Notes under the pieces: model-generated
The model's database searches: none
What the model saw: only the letters and a program-made list of their open reading frames with translations
Told to the model about the DNA's origin: nothing
Assembly (NCBI GenBank): GCA_964531715.1
Contig: CAZHEE010000002.1
Span: 97,676 to 161,675 of the forward strand
Direction: 5' to 3'
Length of the DNA: 64,000 nt
Origin: an uncultured Micavibrio sp.
Lineage (GTDB): Bacteria > Pseudomonadota > Alphaproteobacteria > Micavibrionales > UBA1664
Translations under genes and position numbers: made by a program
Part shown: piece after piece, positions 1-8,234 of the stretch
Layout of the letters: each line of letters begins with the position of its first letter
Position numbering within the stretch: position 1 is the first letter of the stretch

Positions 1-50
1 TTTTGAGGTTTAAATCCTATGGTTCTCGCATTAAGTGCGGGGTTGCAATT
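1..50. repeat. Dispersed repeat family E, copy 1 (cut by window edge)
   Basis: GTTTAAATCCTATGGTTCTCGCATTAAGTGCGGGGTTGCAAT aligns by eye with 13090..13130 and 62405..62445. Contains a short CGC...GCG hairpin. Confidence 0.6.
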
Positions 51-60
51 ATAACTAAAG

Positions 61-87
61 CTTAGTGAGCTTAGTGTCCTTAGTGTT
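61..87. repeat. 3 x 9-bp tandem repeat (CTTAGTGAG CTTAGTGTC CTTAGTGTT)
   Basis: Read directly from the sequence. Confidence 0.7.
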
Positions 88-99
88 TCAAAATTAGCT

Positions 100-141
100 G
101 GATTACAGGTATTTTCCTTTCAGTCAAAACCTGTAATGACG
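100..141. repeat. Solo hairpin of palindromic family A (right-end type, GGATT...AATGACG)
   Basis: GGATTACAGGT-loop-ACCTGTAATGACG with a 9-bp stem ATTACAGGT/ACCTGTAAT. Lies 20 nt downstream of the stop of the minus-strand gene at 161. Confidence 0.75.
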
Positions 142-160
142 TTTAATATGATTTTTCGCG

Positions 161-997
161 TTAAACCCCTTCACCCCTCAACGCCAAGGTGCGCTGTCTT
201 AAATCTTTCGTGATGGCATCCGCCGTCATATCTTGATATATGTTCGCGTCAAAAGCTTTGCCAATACGAACAGTAACTTTCGCTTTACGCTTATTCATTA
301 ATTCATGAATAACCAACGACCGTGTAATTGTAAAAAACCCTGATAGTGCGGCTATTCTGAATAAAAGGCTGTTCTCACCCTCAAAATATACAGGCTGAAT
401 CATCAATGGTTTGCCTCGCGTCTTGGCCTTAAGCGCGAAATGCCCGACCAAAGGCTGCCACTCCCAATCCTCGCTCGGTTGACCCCAGGCATGAGGCCGC
501 GCCAATCGCCCCGCAGGAAAAATACCGATAGCCTGACCATCGCGCAACATTTCAAGAGACTCGCGGATTGCGCGATTATTCTTACGTTTCCCCTCTGCCG
601 AGTGGCTGTCATCAACGGCAATAAGCCATGGCAACATCGGTTCAGCTTTAGTCAGAACCTCGTTTGTCAGAATCTTAAAATCTTTTCGTTGTGTATGAAG
701 AACATGATTCATAAGCAAGCCATCCAAAACGCCGAAAGGGTGGTTTCCGACAATTAATAACGGGCCATTATTCGGAATATTGCTGGGCTGCTGATCAGGG
801 TAAGAAATTTCAACATTCAATTTCTCAAGCGCATGGTCAAAAAACGGTATAGCAGGTTGATTGTTAAAGCTTTCAACAACATCACGATAAGCCTTTTCAA
901 GCGCGATGCGCCCGGTCATATATTCCATCAAACTGATGAAAGCACGCCGCGTGACCGAACCTTGATTTGAATATGTGATCGGCTCAATAAGCGACAT
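161..997 (-). CDS. PlsC-like lysophospholipid acyltransferase family protein
   Basis: 278-aa ORF with the acyltransferase HX4D box NHPFGVLDG and a downstream IFPAGR block. Confidence 0.6.
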   Translation of the reverse strand: MSLIEPITYSNQGSVTRRAFISLMEYMTGRIALEKAYRDVVESFNNQPAIPFFDHALEKLNVEISYPDQQPSNIPNNGPLLIVGNHPFGVLDGLLMNHVLHTQRKDFKILTNEVLTKAEPMLPWLIAVDDSHSAEGKRKNNRAIRESLEMLRDGQAIGIFPAGRLARPHAWGQPSEDWEWQPLVGHFALKAKTRGKPLMIQPVYFEGENSLLFRIAALSGFFTITRSLVIHELMNKRKAKVTVRIGKAFDANIYQDMTADAITKDLRQRTLALRGEGV

Positions 998-1143
998 AAA
1001 TGTTAGTTTATAGGCAGTTTGCCGCGCATTGCAATCGTAAAAATCACATGTTTGACAGGCAATGGTTTCAGGGTGTAATGTGGCATTCTTATGACTGCGG
1101 CCATATCAAAAACAATAATGAAAAACGGGACTGCAAAACACAC

Positions 1144-2091
1144 ATGAAAATATGGATTTTATACGGGGATGATATTGATTCCACCGCTGACTTAGCGTTT
1201 GAAATGCGGCGATTCCTCTCTGAAGGGGAGAAAATGGGCGTTGAGGTAAAGGCCTACAAACCCAATCAATTCGACCTTTTGGTGACGGAGGAAAAACGCA
1301 ATCAAATTATTATTGACGGGAAATGGACGGATTTGCCTGACTTTATTTTCCCCTATTTTAACCATAGCGACCACAGCTATTTCTCACTTGCCATTGTGCG
1401 GCAGTTTGAGCGAATGGGCGTGAATGTCTTCAATAATGCCGATACGCTGGAGCGTGTTCGGGATAAGCTTCACGCGCATCAGATTCTGGCGGAAAGCGGG
1501 CTGCCGACCCCTGATACAATGCTTGCGAAATTTCCAGTCAATATTGACTTGGTTGAGGAAACATTGGGCTTTCCGGTAATTGTTAAAACGCTTCACGGTG
1601 CACTCGGTTCGGGCGTTTTTCTGATTGAAAATGCCAAATCTTTTGAGGATCTCATGACGCTTGTACATGAAACTCAACCGAATATTCTGATGATATTTCA
1701 GAAGTTTGTGGCAAGTTCCAAAGGTCGTGATTTAAGAATAATTGTGATTAATGGTAAGGCGATTGCCGCCATGCAACGCACCGCCAAAGAAGGGGATTTT
1801 AAGGCAAATTTCTCACAAGGTGGACAGGTTGAAAAATTTGAGATCGATAAAAAGGCGGAAGATATCGCTATTAAAACGGCGGATGCTCTCGGCATTCAGG
1901 TGGCCGGGATTGATTTACTCTTCACGCAAGACGGCTATACAATTTGTGAGGCGAATACTTTCCCGGGCTTTAAAGGCTTGGAGAAAGCAACTGGCGCGAA
2001 TGTGCCCGAGGCAATCTTCACCGCCATGCAAAAGTATATGGATAAGAAGAATCAAAAAACCGGCTTCGTCAGGAGAATGTTGAAGGGGTAG
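1144..2091 (+). CDS. RimK-family ATP-grasp ligase
   Basis: ATP-grasp pattern (FPVIVKTLHGALGSGVFLIEN, RIIVINGKAIAAMQR, GIDLLF..ICEANTFPGF). Start moved to the ATG at 1144 (MKIWILYGDD) because the upstream 48 codons look non-coding. Confidence 0.7.
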   Translation: MKIWILYGDDIDSTADLAFEMRRFLSEGEKMGVEVKAYKPNQFDLLVTEEKRNQIIIDGKWTDLPDFIFPYFNHSDHSYFSLAIVRQFERMGVNVFNNADTLERVRDKLHAHQILAESGLPTPDTMLAKFPVNIDLVEETLGFPVIVKTLHGALGSGVFLIENAKSFEDLMTLVHETQPNILMIFQKFVASSKGRDLRIIVINGKAIAAMQRTAKEGDFKANFSQGGQVEKFEIDKKAEDIAIKTADALGIQVAGIDLLFTQDGYTICEANTFPGFKGLEKATGANVPEAIFTAMQKYMDKKNQKTGFVRRMLKG

Positions 2092-2095
2092 GTTA

Positions 2096-3841
2096 TTGGC
2101 CTATATCAATCTTTTTAAAGAGCTTTGGAAATATGCGGATGGCTTTCGGTGGAAGGTTGTAACATTCCTTATTCTGCACATGATTGCGCACCTTTCAACG
2201 ATTGCTCAACCTCTTGTATTTGCGCAAATTTTGAATGCATTGCAAAACCAAAATGATGAAATTATTGAAATTGTGCTCGGTTGGCTTGCAGTATGGGTCG
2301 GGCTTTTTGTATGGTTTAACATATTTCATAGACTTGCAAATTACTTTTGCTATGATGTCAGCTATTGTGTAAAGCAAGCTTATTTTAATGATTATTATGG
2401 CATACTAACTAAGCTACCTTTGGCTTGGCATTCAAATTACCATTCGGGAAGTACAATTAACCGTGTAAACACAGCCGCCGATGCACTGTTTAACTTCACT
2501 ATTAATCATTATCAATATGTAACTTTTTTCATGCTGTTTTGGGGACCATTGATTGCCTTGTTATTTTTGTCTTGGCAGGTCTCTTTAATTACTTTTGTTA
2601 TTGCCATTCTAAGCATATTTGCGATGAGAGTATTTGATAAAAAACTCGTTGTTTTATACAGAAATATGAATGATATACAGCATAAAGTATCCTCTGTATT
2701 TTATGATTATGTTTCAAATATTAAAACGATTATTACGCTGCGCCTTGGTCGCCATACGTTAAAAGATTTTAACCAACAAATTGAGAAAGGCTATGCGCCC
2801 TATATGCAAGCCGAAAGTAGAGTTAATCAATGGAAGTGGCTAACAGTAACATTTGGTGTTCTTGTCATGGAAGCTGGCGTTATTCTCTATTATATATGGG
2901 AGCAATTGAGCCGTGGGGGCACAGTTATGGTTGGTAATGTCGCTGCTGTCTTTCAATATGTTCAACAAGTGAGTAAAACTTATATGGATATAGCCGGAAA
3001 CTACCAACAAATAATTGCATGGCGTACAGATTTTGAAACAGCGAAGCCTATTAAAGACAGCCTTGTTGTAAGTCATTATACGGGTCATGCCGTAACTGAT
3101 TGGCAGGCAATCAAAATAGACAGCTTGAATTTTTCCTATGATGCAGGGAAGAAAACTTTGCGGGACTTTCACCTTTTATTTTCAAAAGGTGAGCGTATCG
3201 CACTTATCGGTGAAAGTGGATCAGGGAAGTCCTCCGTTATGGCAATTTTGCGAGGTCTTTATGAGCCTGAGACTGTTCATTTAACACTTGATGGCGAGAA
3301 CCATGAAAGCTTGTCGCCGCTTTTTGAAACAACCACTCTCATTCCGCAAGAGCCCGAAATTTTTGAAAATACTATTCTTTATAATATCACTTTCGGGGTC
3401 GATTATTCCGAGGTCGATGTCGACAATGCGATAAAACTTGCTTGTTTTGACCGCGTTCTGGCGAGGCTTCCGAATGGGTTACAAACGGATGTCCGCGAAA
3501 AGGGGGTGAGTTTATCAGGCGGTGAACGGCAAAGGCTGGCATTGGCGCGAGGAATTCTGGCCGCTAAAAACAGTTCCATTATTCTGATGGACGAGCCGAC
3601 CTCATCCGTGGATGCGCATAACGAGCTGGTGATTTACGAGAACATCTTTGAGCATTTCAAAGACCGTACTGTGATCTCCTCAATCCATCGGCTGCATTTG
3701 CTCGGCAAATTCGACTTGGTTATCGTGATGGATCAAGGAAAGATAGTGCAAAGCGGGACGTTTAAAGACCTTAAATCGCAAGAGGGTCTTTTCCAAAAGC
3801 TCTGGGATAAGTATCAAGAAAGCGCGAAGGAAGATAGTTAA
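2096..3841 (+). CDS. ABC transporter, fused permease/ATP-binding protein
   Basis: 581 aa with a hydrophobic N-terminal half. Walker A GESGSGKSS, signature LSGGERQRLALAR, Walker B IILMDEPTS. TTG start 5 nt after the rimK-like stop. Confidence 0.85.
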   Translation: MAYINLFKELWKYADGFRWKVVTFLILHMIAHLSTIAQPLVFAQILNALQNQNDEIIEIVLGWLAVWVGLFVWFNIFHRLANYFCYDVSYCVKQAYFNDYYGILTKLPLAWHSNYHSGSTINRVNTAADALFNFTINHYQYVTFFMLFWGPLIALLFLSWQVSLITFVIAILSIFAMRVFDKKLVVLYRNMNDIQHKVSSVFYDYVSNIKTIITLRLGRHTLKDFNQQIEKGYAPYMQAESRVNQWKWLTVTFGVLVMEAGVILYYIWEQLSRGGTVMVGNVAAVFQYVQQVSKTYMDIAGNYQQIIAWRTDFETAKPIKDSLVVSHYTGHAVTDWQAIKIDSLNFSYDAGKKTLRDFHLLFSKGERIALIGESGSGKSSVMAILRGLYEPETVHLTLDGENHESLSPLFETTTLIPQEPEIFENTILYNITFGVDYSEVDVDNAIKLACFDRVLARLPNGLQTDVREKGVSLSGGERQRLALARGILAAKNSSIILMDEPTSSVDAHNELVIYENIFEHFKDRTVISSIHRLHLLGKFDLVIVMDQGKIVQSGTFKDLKSQEGLFQKLWDKYQESAKEDS

Positions 3842-3844
3842 AAC

Positions 3845-3896
3845 TGGTGCTGCCGAGGAGAATTGAACTCCCGGCCTCACCCTTACCAAGGGTGAG
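3845..3896 (-). pseudogene. Orphan 3' half of tRNA-Thr(GGU): anticodon arm, T arm, acceptor 3' strand and CCA
   Basis: The reverse complement reads CTCACCCTTGGTAAGGGTGAGGCCGGGAGTTCAATTCTCCTCGGCAGCACCA. The anticodon loop is TTGGTAA. The sequence 5' of it (3897..3920) cannot form a D arm or pair with the acceptor 3' strand. Confidence 0.7.
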
Positions 3897-4065
3897 ATTA
3901 TATGCATATTGCTATAATCAACGTTGTTCAAAATAAAATTAGGGTGTAAAATTTTATAATTTCGCCGCAACAGTTTGAAGCAATTATAATATCAACAATT
4001 ATAGCAGTATTTAATAGCTAATCAGATATAATTAGCTATATATGTAAATATAAACAATCCAAAAA

Positions 4066-4142
<77 letters not shown>

Positions 4143-4148
4143 TTTCGA

Positions 4149-5264
4149 TTAATCATCGAATGAGACTGGTTTATAATCCATCTTTAAGGCATCCGCAACC
4201 GCTTTATGCGTGATTTCGCCATTTTTTACATTCAACCCTGCGGCGAAGCCATCATCATTACGCAAAGCCTGTTTCCATCCTTTATTGGCAAGTTCCAATA
4301 TATAAGGGAAGGTTGCTTGATTGAGCGCCTCTGTCGCCGTTAAAGGATATGCACCCGGCATGTTGGCCACACAATAATGCATGATCCCCTCCTCCATATA
4401 AACAGGATTTTCGTGCGTTGTCGGGCGTGATGTCTCAAAACATCCGCCTTGGTCAATCGCAATATCAACCATCAATGCGCTTGGTTTCATAATTTTCAGA
4501 TGCTTACGCTTTACAAGTTTGGGGGCTGAGGCTCCCGGAATAAGAACCGCCCCTATCACCATATCGGCATTCGGCAAAAGGCTTTTAATGGTCGCTTCTG
4601 TCGATTTTATAATTAAAGCCTTATTGCCGAAATAGCCTTGAAGCTCTGCTATACGCTCATCACTGATTTCCAAAATAGTCACTTTGCCCATCATACCAAC
4701 GGCGATTTGTGCCGCGTTGAACCCTGCCGTACCACCGCCTAAGATAAGAACCTCTTGCGATGGTGTGCCTTTCACTCCGCTAATCAAATGTCCGCGCCCG
4801 CCGAAATGTTTTGCACTGTACACCGCACCCATCAATGGAGCCATGCGCCCCGCCACTTCCGACATGGGTTGAAGTAGCGGCAAGCCTTTACCATCTTCAC
4901 CAGTGATTGTCTCATAAGCAATGGCGATACAGCCCGAGTCTATTAATCCTCTCGCCTGAACAGGGTCGGGAGCGAGGTGCAAATAGGTAAAAATAATCTG
5001 GTTTTTGCTGAGCATCGCACATTCGGATGGCTGAGGCTCCTTTATCTTCACAATCATCTCGGCCTGATCAAAGACAGTTTTCGCGTCAGGGAGAATTTTT
5101 GCACCAACCACTTGATAATCTTCATTCGATGCAAAAATACCAAGCCCGGCATTTGACTGCACAAGAACCTCATGCCCTGCCTTAACTAACTCACCGACAT
5201 AGCGGGGCGTTAAACCGACACGGTTTTCATTATTTTTAATTTCAGTCGGGATACCAATAATCAT
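4149..5264 (-). CDS. ald: Alanine dehydrogenase
   Basis: 371 aa. N-terminus MIIGIPTEIKNNENRVGLTP and the Rossmann motif ILGGGTAGFNAA are typical of Ald. Confidence 0.85.
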   Translation of the reverse strand: MIIGIPTEIKNNENRVGLTPRYVGELVKAGHEVLVQSNAGLGIFASNEDYQVVGAKILPDAKTVFDQAEMIVKIKEPQPSECAMLSKNQIIFTYLHLAPDPVQARGLIDSGCIAIAYETITGEDGKGLPLLQPMSEVAGRMAPLMGAVYSAKHFGGRGHLISGVKGTPSQEVLILGGGTAGFNAAQIAVGMMGKVTILEISDERIAELQGYFGNKALIIKSTEATIKSLLPNADMVIGAVLIPGASAPKLVKRKHLKIMKPSALMVDIAIDQGGCFETSRPTTHENPVYMEEGIMHYCVANMPGAYPLTATEALNQATFPYILELANKGWKQALRNDDGFAAGLNVKNGEITHKAVADALKMDYKPVSFDD

Positions 5265-5268
5265 GATT

Positions 5269-6225
5269 TTATAAATCCCTTATCATTCTGTCCCAAACAT
5301 CACCTAAACGTCTCATATTGCGAGGGGAATAATATTGCGCATTCGGCTCACGATTGATAATAAATTGAAAAACATAATTTTCCGGTTCAAGCCCCATACG
5401 TAAATCTCTGATAATGATATCATTTTCAATTTGAACAACGTCATAGAAGCCTTTGGTAAACCATTGCAAGCGTTGCACGGCAAAAGTATTTTCAAGTCCG
5501 GAAAGAAGCGTTTTATCAAGAGGATAAACCTTATAGTCAATCTGCTTCGTATCATCAAACAGGGAATAATAGCCAATACGGTAGCTTTCATCCTCCATGA
5601 TAACCACCCGCCATAAAATTGTATTAAAAGGCGTTGGTTGAACCAGTATCTTTGCACTATCCGTCATTTGCGGATTGCCCACAACAATGGAACGGACATA
5701 GGCTTGCGCCCCGACACTCCATGCCAAATACAGCGTTGAAATAGCAAGCCCTATATGAATGAGCCTCCTGCTTTTTAAAAATAAATAAGCAATGACAAAC
5801 CCTAAAAAAGGCAATGTATATAAAGGGTCTATGATGAAAATTGAGCCAACGCCTACTGGAGGCACACTTAAAGGCCAGAAAAGCTGCGTTCCATAGATGG
5901 TCATGGCATCGAGCAAAATATGCGTGACGATAATGGCAAAAAACGCCAGATGCGTTTTAAAATCTTTGAAATTGAGATTAAACCATTTTATTTTTGAGGC
6001 TAACCAAACAAGTATCGGCGTCATAAACAGGCAAAAAATATAGGAATGTGTTGCGCCGCGGTGATAGGTGAAGTCGGATACGGGATCCCCCATCGGGACG
6101 AAGACATCAAGGTCAGGGACTGTGCCTATAATCGCGCCAAGAACCGCTGATTTTCGCCCTATCTTTGAGCCTAAAAAAGCGGCCCCGATGGCCGCTCCTA
6201 AAGTTGCTTGTGTGAGTGAGTCCAC
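5269..6225 (-). CDS. Membrane-bound metal-dependent hydrolase (YdjM/DUF457-like)
   Basis: 318 aa, polytopic. N-terminus MDSLTQATLGAAIG and a His-rich pattern (YHRGATHS, THILLD) resemble this family. Confidence 0.5.
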   Translation of the reverse strand: MDSLTQATLGAAIGAAFLGSKIGRKSAVLGAIIGTVPDLDVFVPMGDPVSDFTYHRGATHSYIFCLFMTPILVWLASKIKWFNLNFKDFKTHLAFFAIIVTHILLDAMTIYGTQLFWPLSVPPVGVGSIFIIDPLYTLPFLGFVIAYLFLKSRRLIHIGLAISTLYLAWSVGAQAYVRSIVVGNPQMTDSAKILVQPTPFNTILWRVVIMEDESYRIGYYSLFDDTKQIDYKVYPLDKTLLSGLENTFAVQRLQWFTKGFYDVVQIENDIIIRDLRMGLEPENYVFQFIINREPNAQYYSPRNMRRLGDVWDRMIRDL

Positions 6226-6230
6226 TTATG

Positions 6231-8159
6231 TCAGCTCCCATCCCCAAAATATCGAAGCTGTGGTCCCGCGCCAGTTTTAAGTCTTAAACCATTATTTTTT
6301 GTGTTACCGCGGCTGTCTTCCTCTAACTGCCTTGCATCCTGCGCATTATACTGAAAGTCATCAGGGCTTCGTATTTGGTCAATTCTCTTCTGCCTTGCAC
6401 GCTCATCTTGCTCATTATATTGAAAATCATCGGGGCTTCGAGCGGCATTCCTAGTAGCCTGCCGTTGCTGTTCATCTTGTGCATTATATTGAAAATCATC
6501 GGGACTACGTGCTTGCTGACCTGATTGTCCCTCTAAAGTTTCGTATGTAGCTTGTACATCTGCGAGCTCAGCTTCTGCCTGTTCTAAATTTTCGCGCGCT
6601 TGCGCTACAGCTTGTATATAAGGCCTTTTACCCTTTCCCTTATTTCTGTTTGCTTCCAAAGCTTCTTCAGCATCGGCCAGTTCTTGCCTTGCGTCTGCTA
6701 CCGCCTCTTCAGCTTGATTTAAAGCAACCGGTGATAATTGACGATTAGAGGTGTTGTTATTCGAACCTGATACTCCATCAGCCGCTGTATTACTATTATT
6801 ACCTGCTGTTCTTGCGTATAGTTCTTCAGCTCTTTGCCTTGAAATTTCGCGCTCTTCTGGTGTCATTGGCACAAATCTGCCGGCTTCTCCTGAGGTAACT
6901 GTATCAAGCGCTCTGCTTAATTCATCGCCACGTATAACAGCCTCAATATATGCGGCCTGATCACCTTGCTTTTTCGCTTTCATTGCATCATCAGTTGCTT
7001 TATCAATATGTCTCGCTAATACCATTGCTTTGGTAGTATCTGCAATTTCAGTATCTTTTAATATGTCTTCCATAGTTCTGGAACCTTCTACACCTGCGCC
7101 TGAAGGTGTCACTGATTGACCTTCATTAGAACCTGTAGAGGTGTTGTTATTCGAACCTGATACTCCGTCAGCTGCTGCATTACTATTATTACCTGCTGTT
7201 CTTGCGTATAGTTCTTCAGCTCTTTGCCTTGAAATTTCGCGCTCTTCTGGTGTCATTGGCACAAATCTGCCGGCTTCTCCTGAGGTAACTGTATCAAGCG
7301 CTCTGCTTAATTCATCGCCACGTATAACAGCCTCAATATATGCGGCCTGATCACCTTGCTTTTTCGCTTTCATTGCATCATCAGTTGCTTTATCAATATG
7401 TCTCGCTAATACCATTGCTTTGGTAGTATCTGCAATTTCAGTATCTTTTAATATGTCTTCCATAGTTCTGGAACTTTCTGCACCTGCGCTTGAAGGTGTC
7501 ACTGATTGACCTCCATTAGATTCCATAGAGATGTTGTTATTCGAACCTGATACTCCATCAGCTGCTTTTGCGATGTCATTCACGTTTTTACCAATTTCGT
7601 CAATTTGCTTGACGACTTCTGGACTTACGCGGCTCGCTCCTGTGTTTTCATTCAGATTGCCTCCATTGCTAGATGGCGGATTGCTAGGATTCGAAGAAAC
7701 TGGCTTTAGCATAGCATTTGCAGCTTTTTGCAGGTCTGACATACCTTTATCAACACGTTTGAGACCTTCCATGGCCGCTTCCTGCTGAGTTGTATCTACA
7801 TTTCCCTGACCGCCATTTAAAGGTTCCTGTGAAGCTGAAACTTCCGGAAGAGGCACAGAATATTGTGCTAATACAGAAGTTTCGATCCTATCATATATTG
7901 CTTGCTTTTCTTCAAACCTTGCTTCCGCGGCTTCCAAAATGTTTTCCGCCCCCCTTTTATTGCGACCAGATGCGCTTTGATATCTTTGTTGAGCTTCCTG
8001 CAACTCCTGATAAGCCTGCCCCATTTCTATCTCTGCAGCATTTAATTCATAATAAAGATCGGAATCATCGACTGTTTGAGCATATAAAGGCAGAGCTGTA
8101 AAAGCCAAAACTGACAAAGCAACCCCAAAAAGATATGATTTAAATTTTGTATTCGGCAT
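6231..8159 (-). CDS. Secreted repeat protein (coiled-coil-like, Ser/Asn/Gly-rich linkers)
   Basis: 642 aa. Signal-peptide-like N-terminus MPNTKFKSYLFGVALSVLAFTALPLYAQ. Contains 130-aa tandem repeats and three C-terminal SPDDFQYN motifs. Confidence 0.6.
   Translation of the reverse strand: MPNTKFKSYLFGVALSVLAFTALPLYAQTVDDSDLYYELNAAEIEMGQAYQELQEAQQRYQSASGRNKRGAENILEAAEARFEEKQAIYDRIETSVLAQYSVPLPEVSASQEPLNGGQGNVDTTQQEAAMEGLKRVDKGMSDLQKAANAMLKPVSSNPSNPPSSNGGNLNENTGASRVSPEVVKQIDEIGKNVNDIAKAADGVSGSNNNISMESNGGQSVTPSSAGAESSRTMEDILKDTEIADTTKAMVLARHIDKATDDAMKAKKQGDQAAYIEAVIRGDELSRALDTVTSGEAGRFVPMTPEEREISRQRAEELYARTAGNNSNAAADGVSGSNNNTSTGSNEGQSVTPSGAGVEGSRTMEDILKDTEIADTTKAMVLARHIDKATDDAMKAKKQGDQAAYIEAVIRGDELSRALDTVTSGEAGRFVPMTPEEREISRQRAEELYARTAGNNSNTAADGVSGSNNNTSNRQLSPVALNQAEEAVADARQELADAEEALEANRNKGKGKRPYIQAVAQARENLEQAEAELADVQATYETLEGQSGQQARSPDDFQYNAQDEQQRQATRNAARSPDDFQYNEQDERARQKRIDQIRSPDDFQYNAQDARQLEEDSRGNTKNNGLRLKTGAGPQLRYFGDGS
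6335..6515 (-). repeat. Three spaced copies of a ~30-nt motif encoding RSPDDFQYN(A/E)QD
   Basis: TTATA(C/T)TGAAA(G/A)TCATC(A/G)GG... recurs at about 6345, 6415 and 6485. Confidence 0.7.
6751..7565 (-). repeat. 390-bp tandem repeat, about 2.1 copies, inside the secreted-protein gene
   Basis: Antisense shadow ORFs all begin MLLFEPDTPSAA at 6751, 7141 and 7531, exactly 390 bp apart. A 98-aa block (SRTMEDILKD...RTAGNNSN) is identical in two copies. Confidence 0.9.
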
Positions 8160-8234
8160 GACGTAAAACCTTTCAAAAAATTACGATAACAATTAATTAT
8201 ATTAATAGAAAGTTAATAAAATGTAAAATTGTAT

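Noticed and set aside
1-50. Family E repeats (also 13061..13130 and 62384..62445) resemble a CRISPR repeat in outline: GTTxAAxxC...CGC...GTGCGGGG.
   Set aside because: They are isolated single copies thousands of bp apart. There is no regular repeat-spacer array and there are no cas genes in the window, so I do not call a CRISPR.
1000-1143. N-terminal extensions suggested by the ORF track: 1000..1143 (rimK-like), 12839..12868 (clpB), 49964..50110 (membrane protein), 60121..60216 (serB), 60131..60151 (serC), 63203..63289 (secreted protein).
   Set aside because: Internal ATG codons with better RBS context and homologous N-termini (for example [28 protein letters not shown] after TAAGGAG, MNKLLLSAAA after AAGGAG) fit better. 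The extensions run through non-coding-looking or repeat sequence.
3845-3896. Possibility that the tRNA-like fragment is the acceptor piece of a two-piece (permuted) alphaproteobacterial tmRNA.
   Set aside because: It retains a normal Thr anticodon stem-loop (TTGGTAA), and the acceptor 3' strand does not encode the G3:U70 alanine identity pair. No tag-peptide reading frame is nearby.
6751-7788. Plus-strand ORFs at 6751, 7141 and 7531, all starting MLLFEPDTPSAA.
   Set aside because: They are antisense shadows of the 390-bp tandem repeat within the minus-strand secreted-protein gene, not independent genes.
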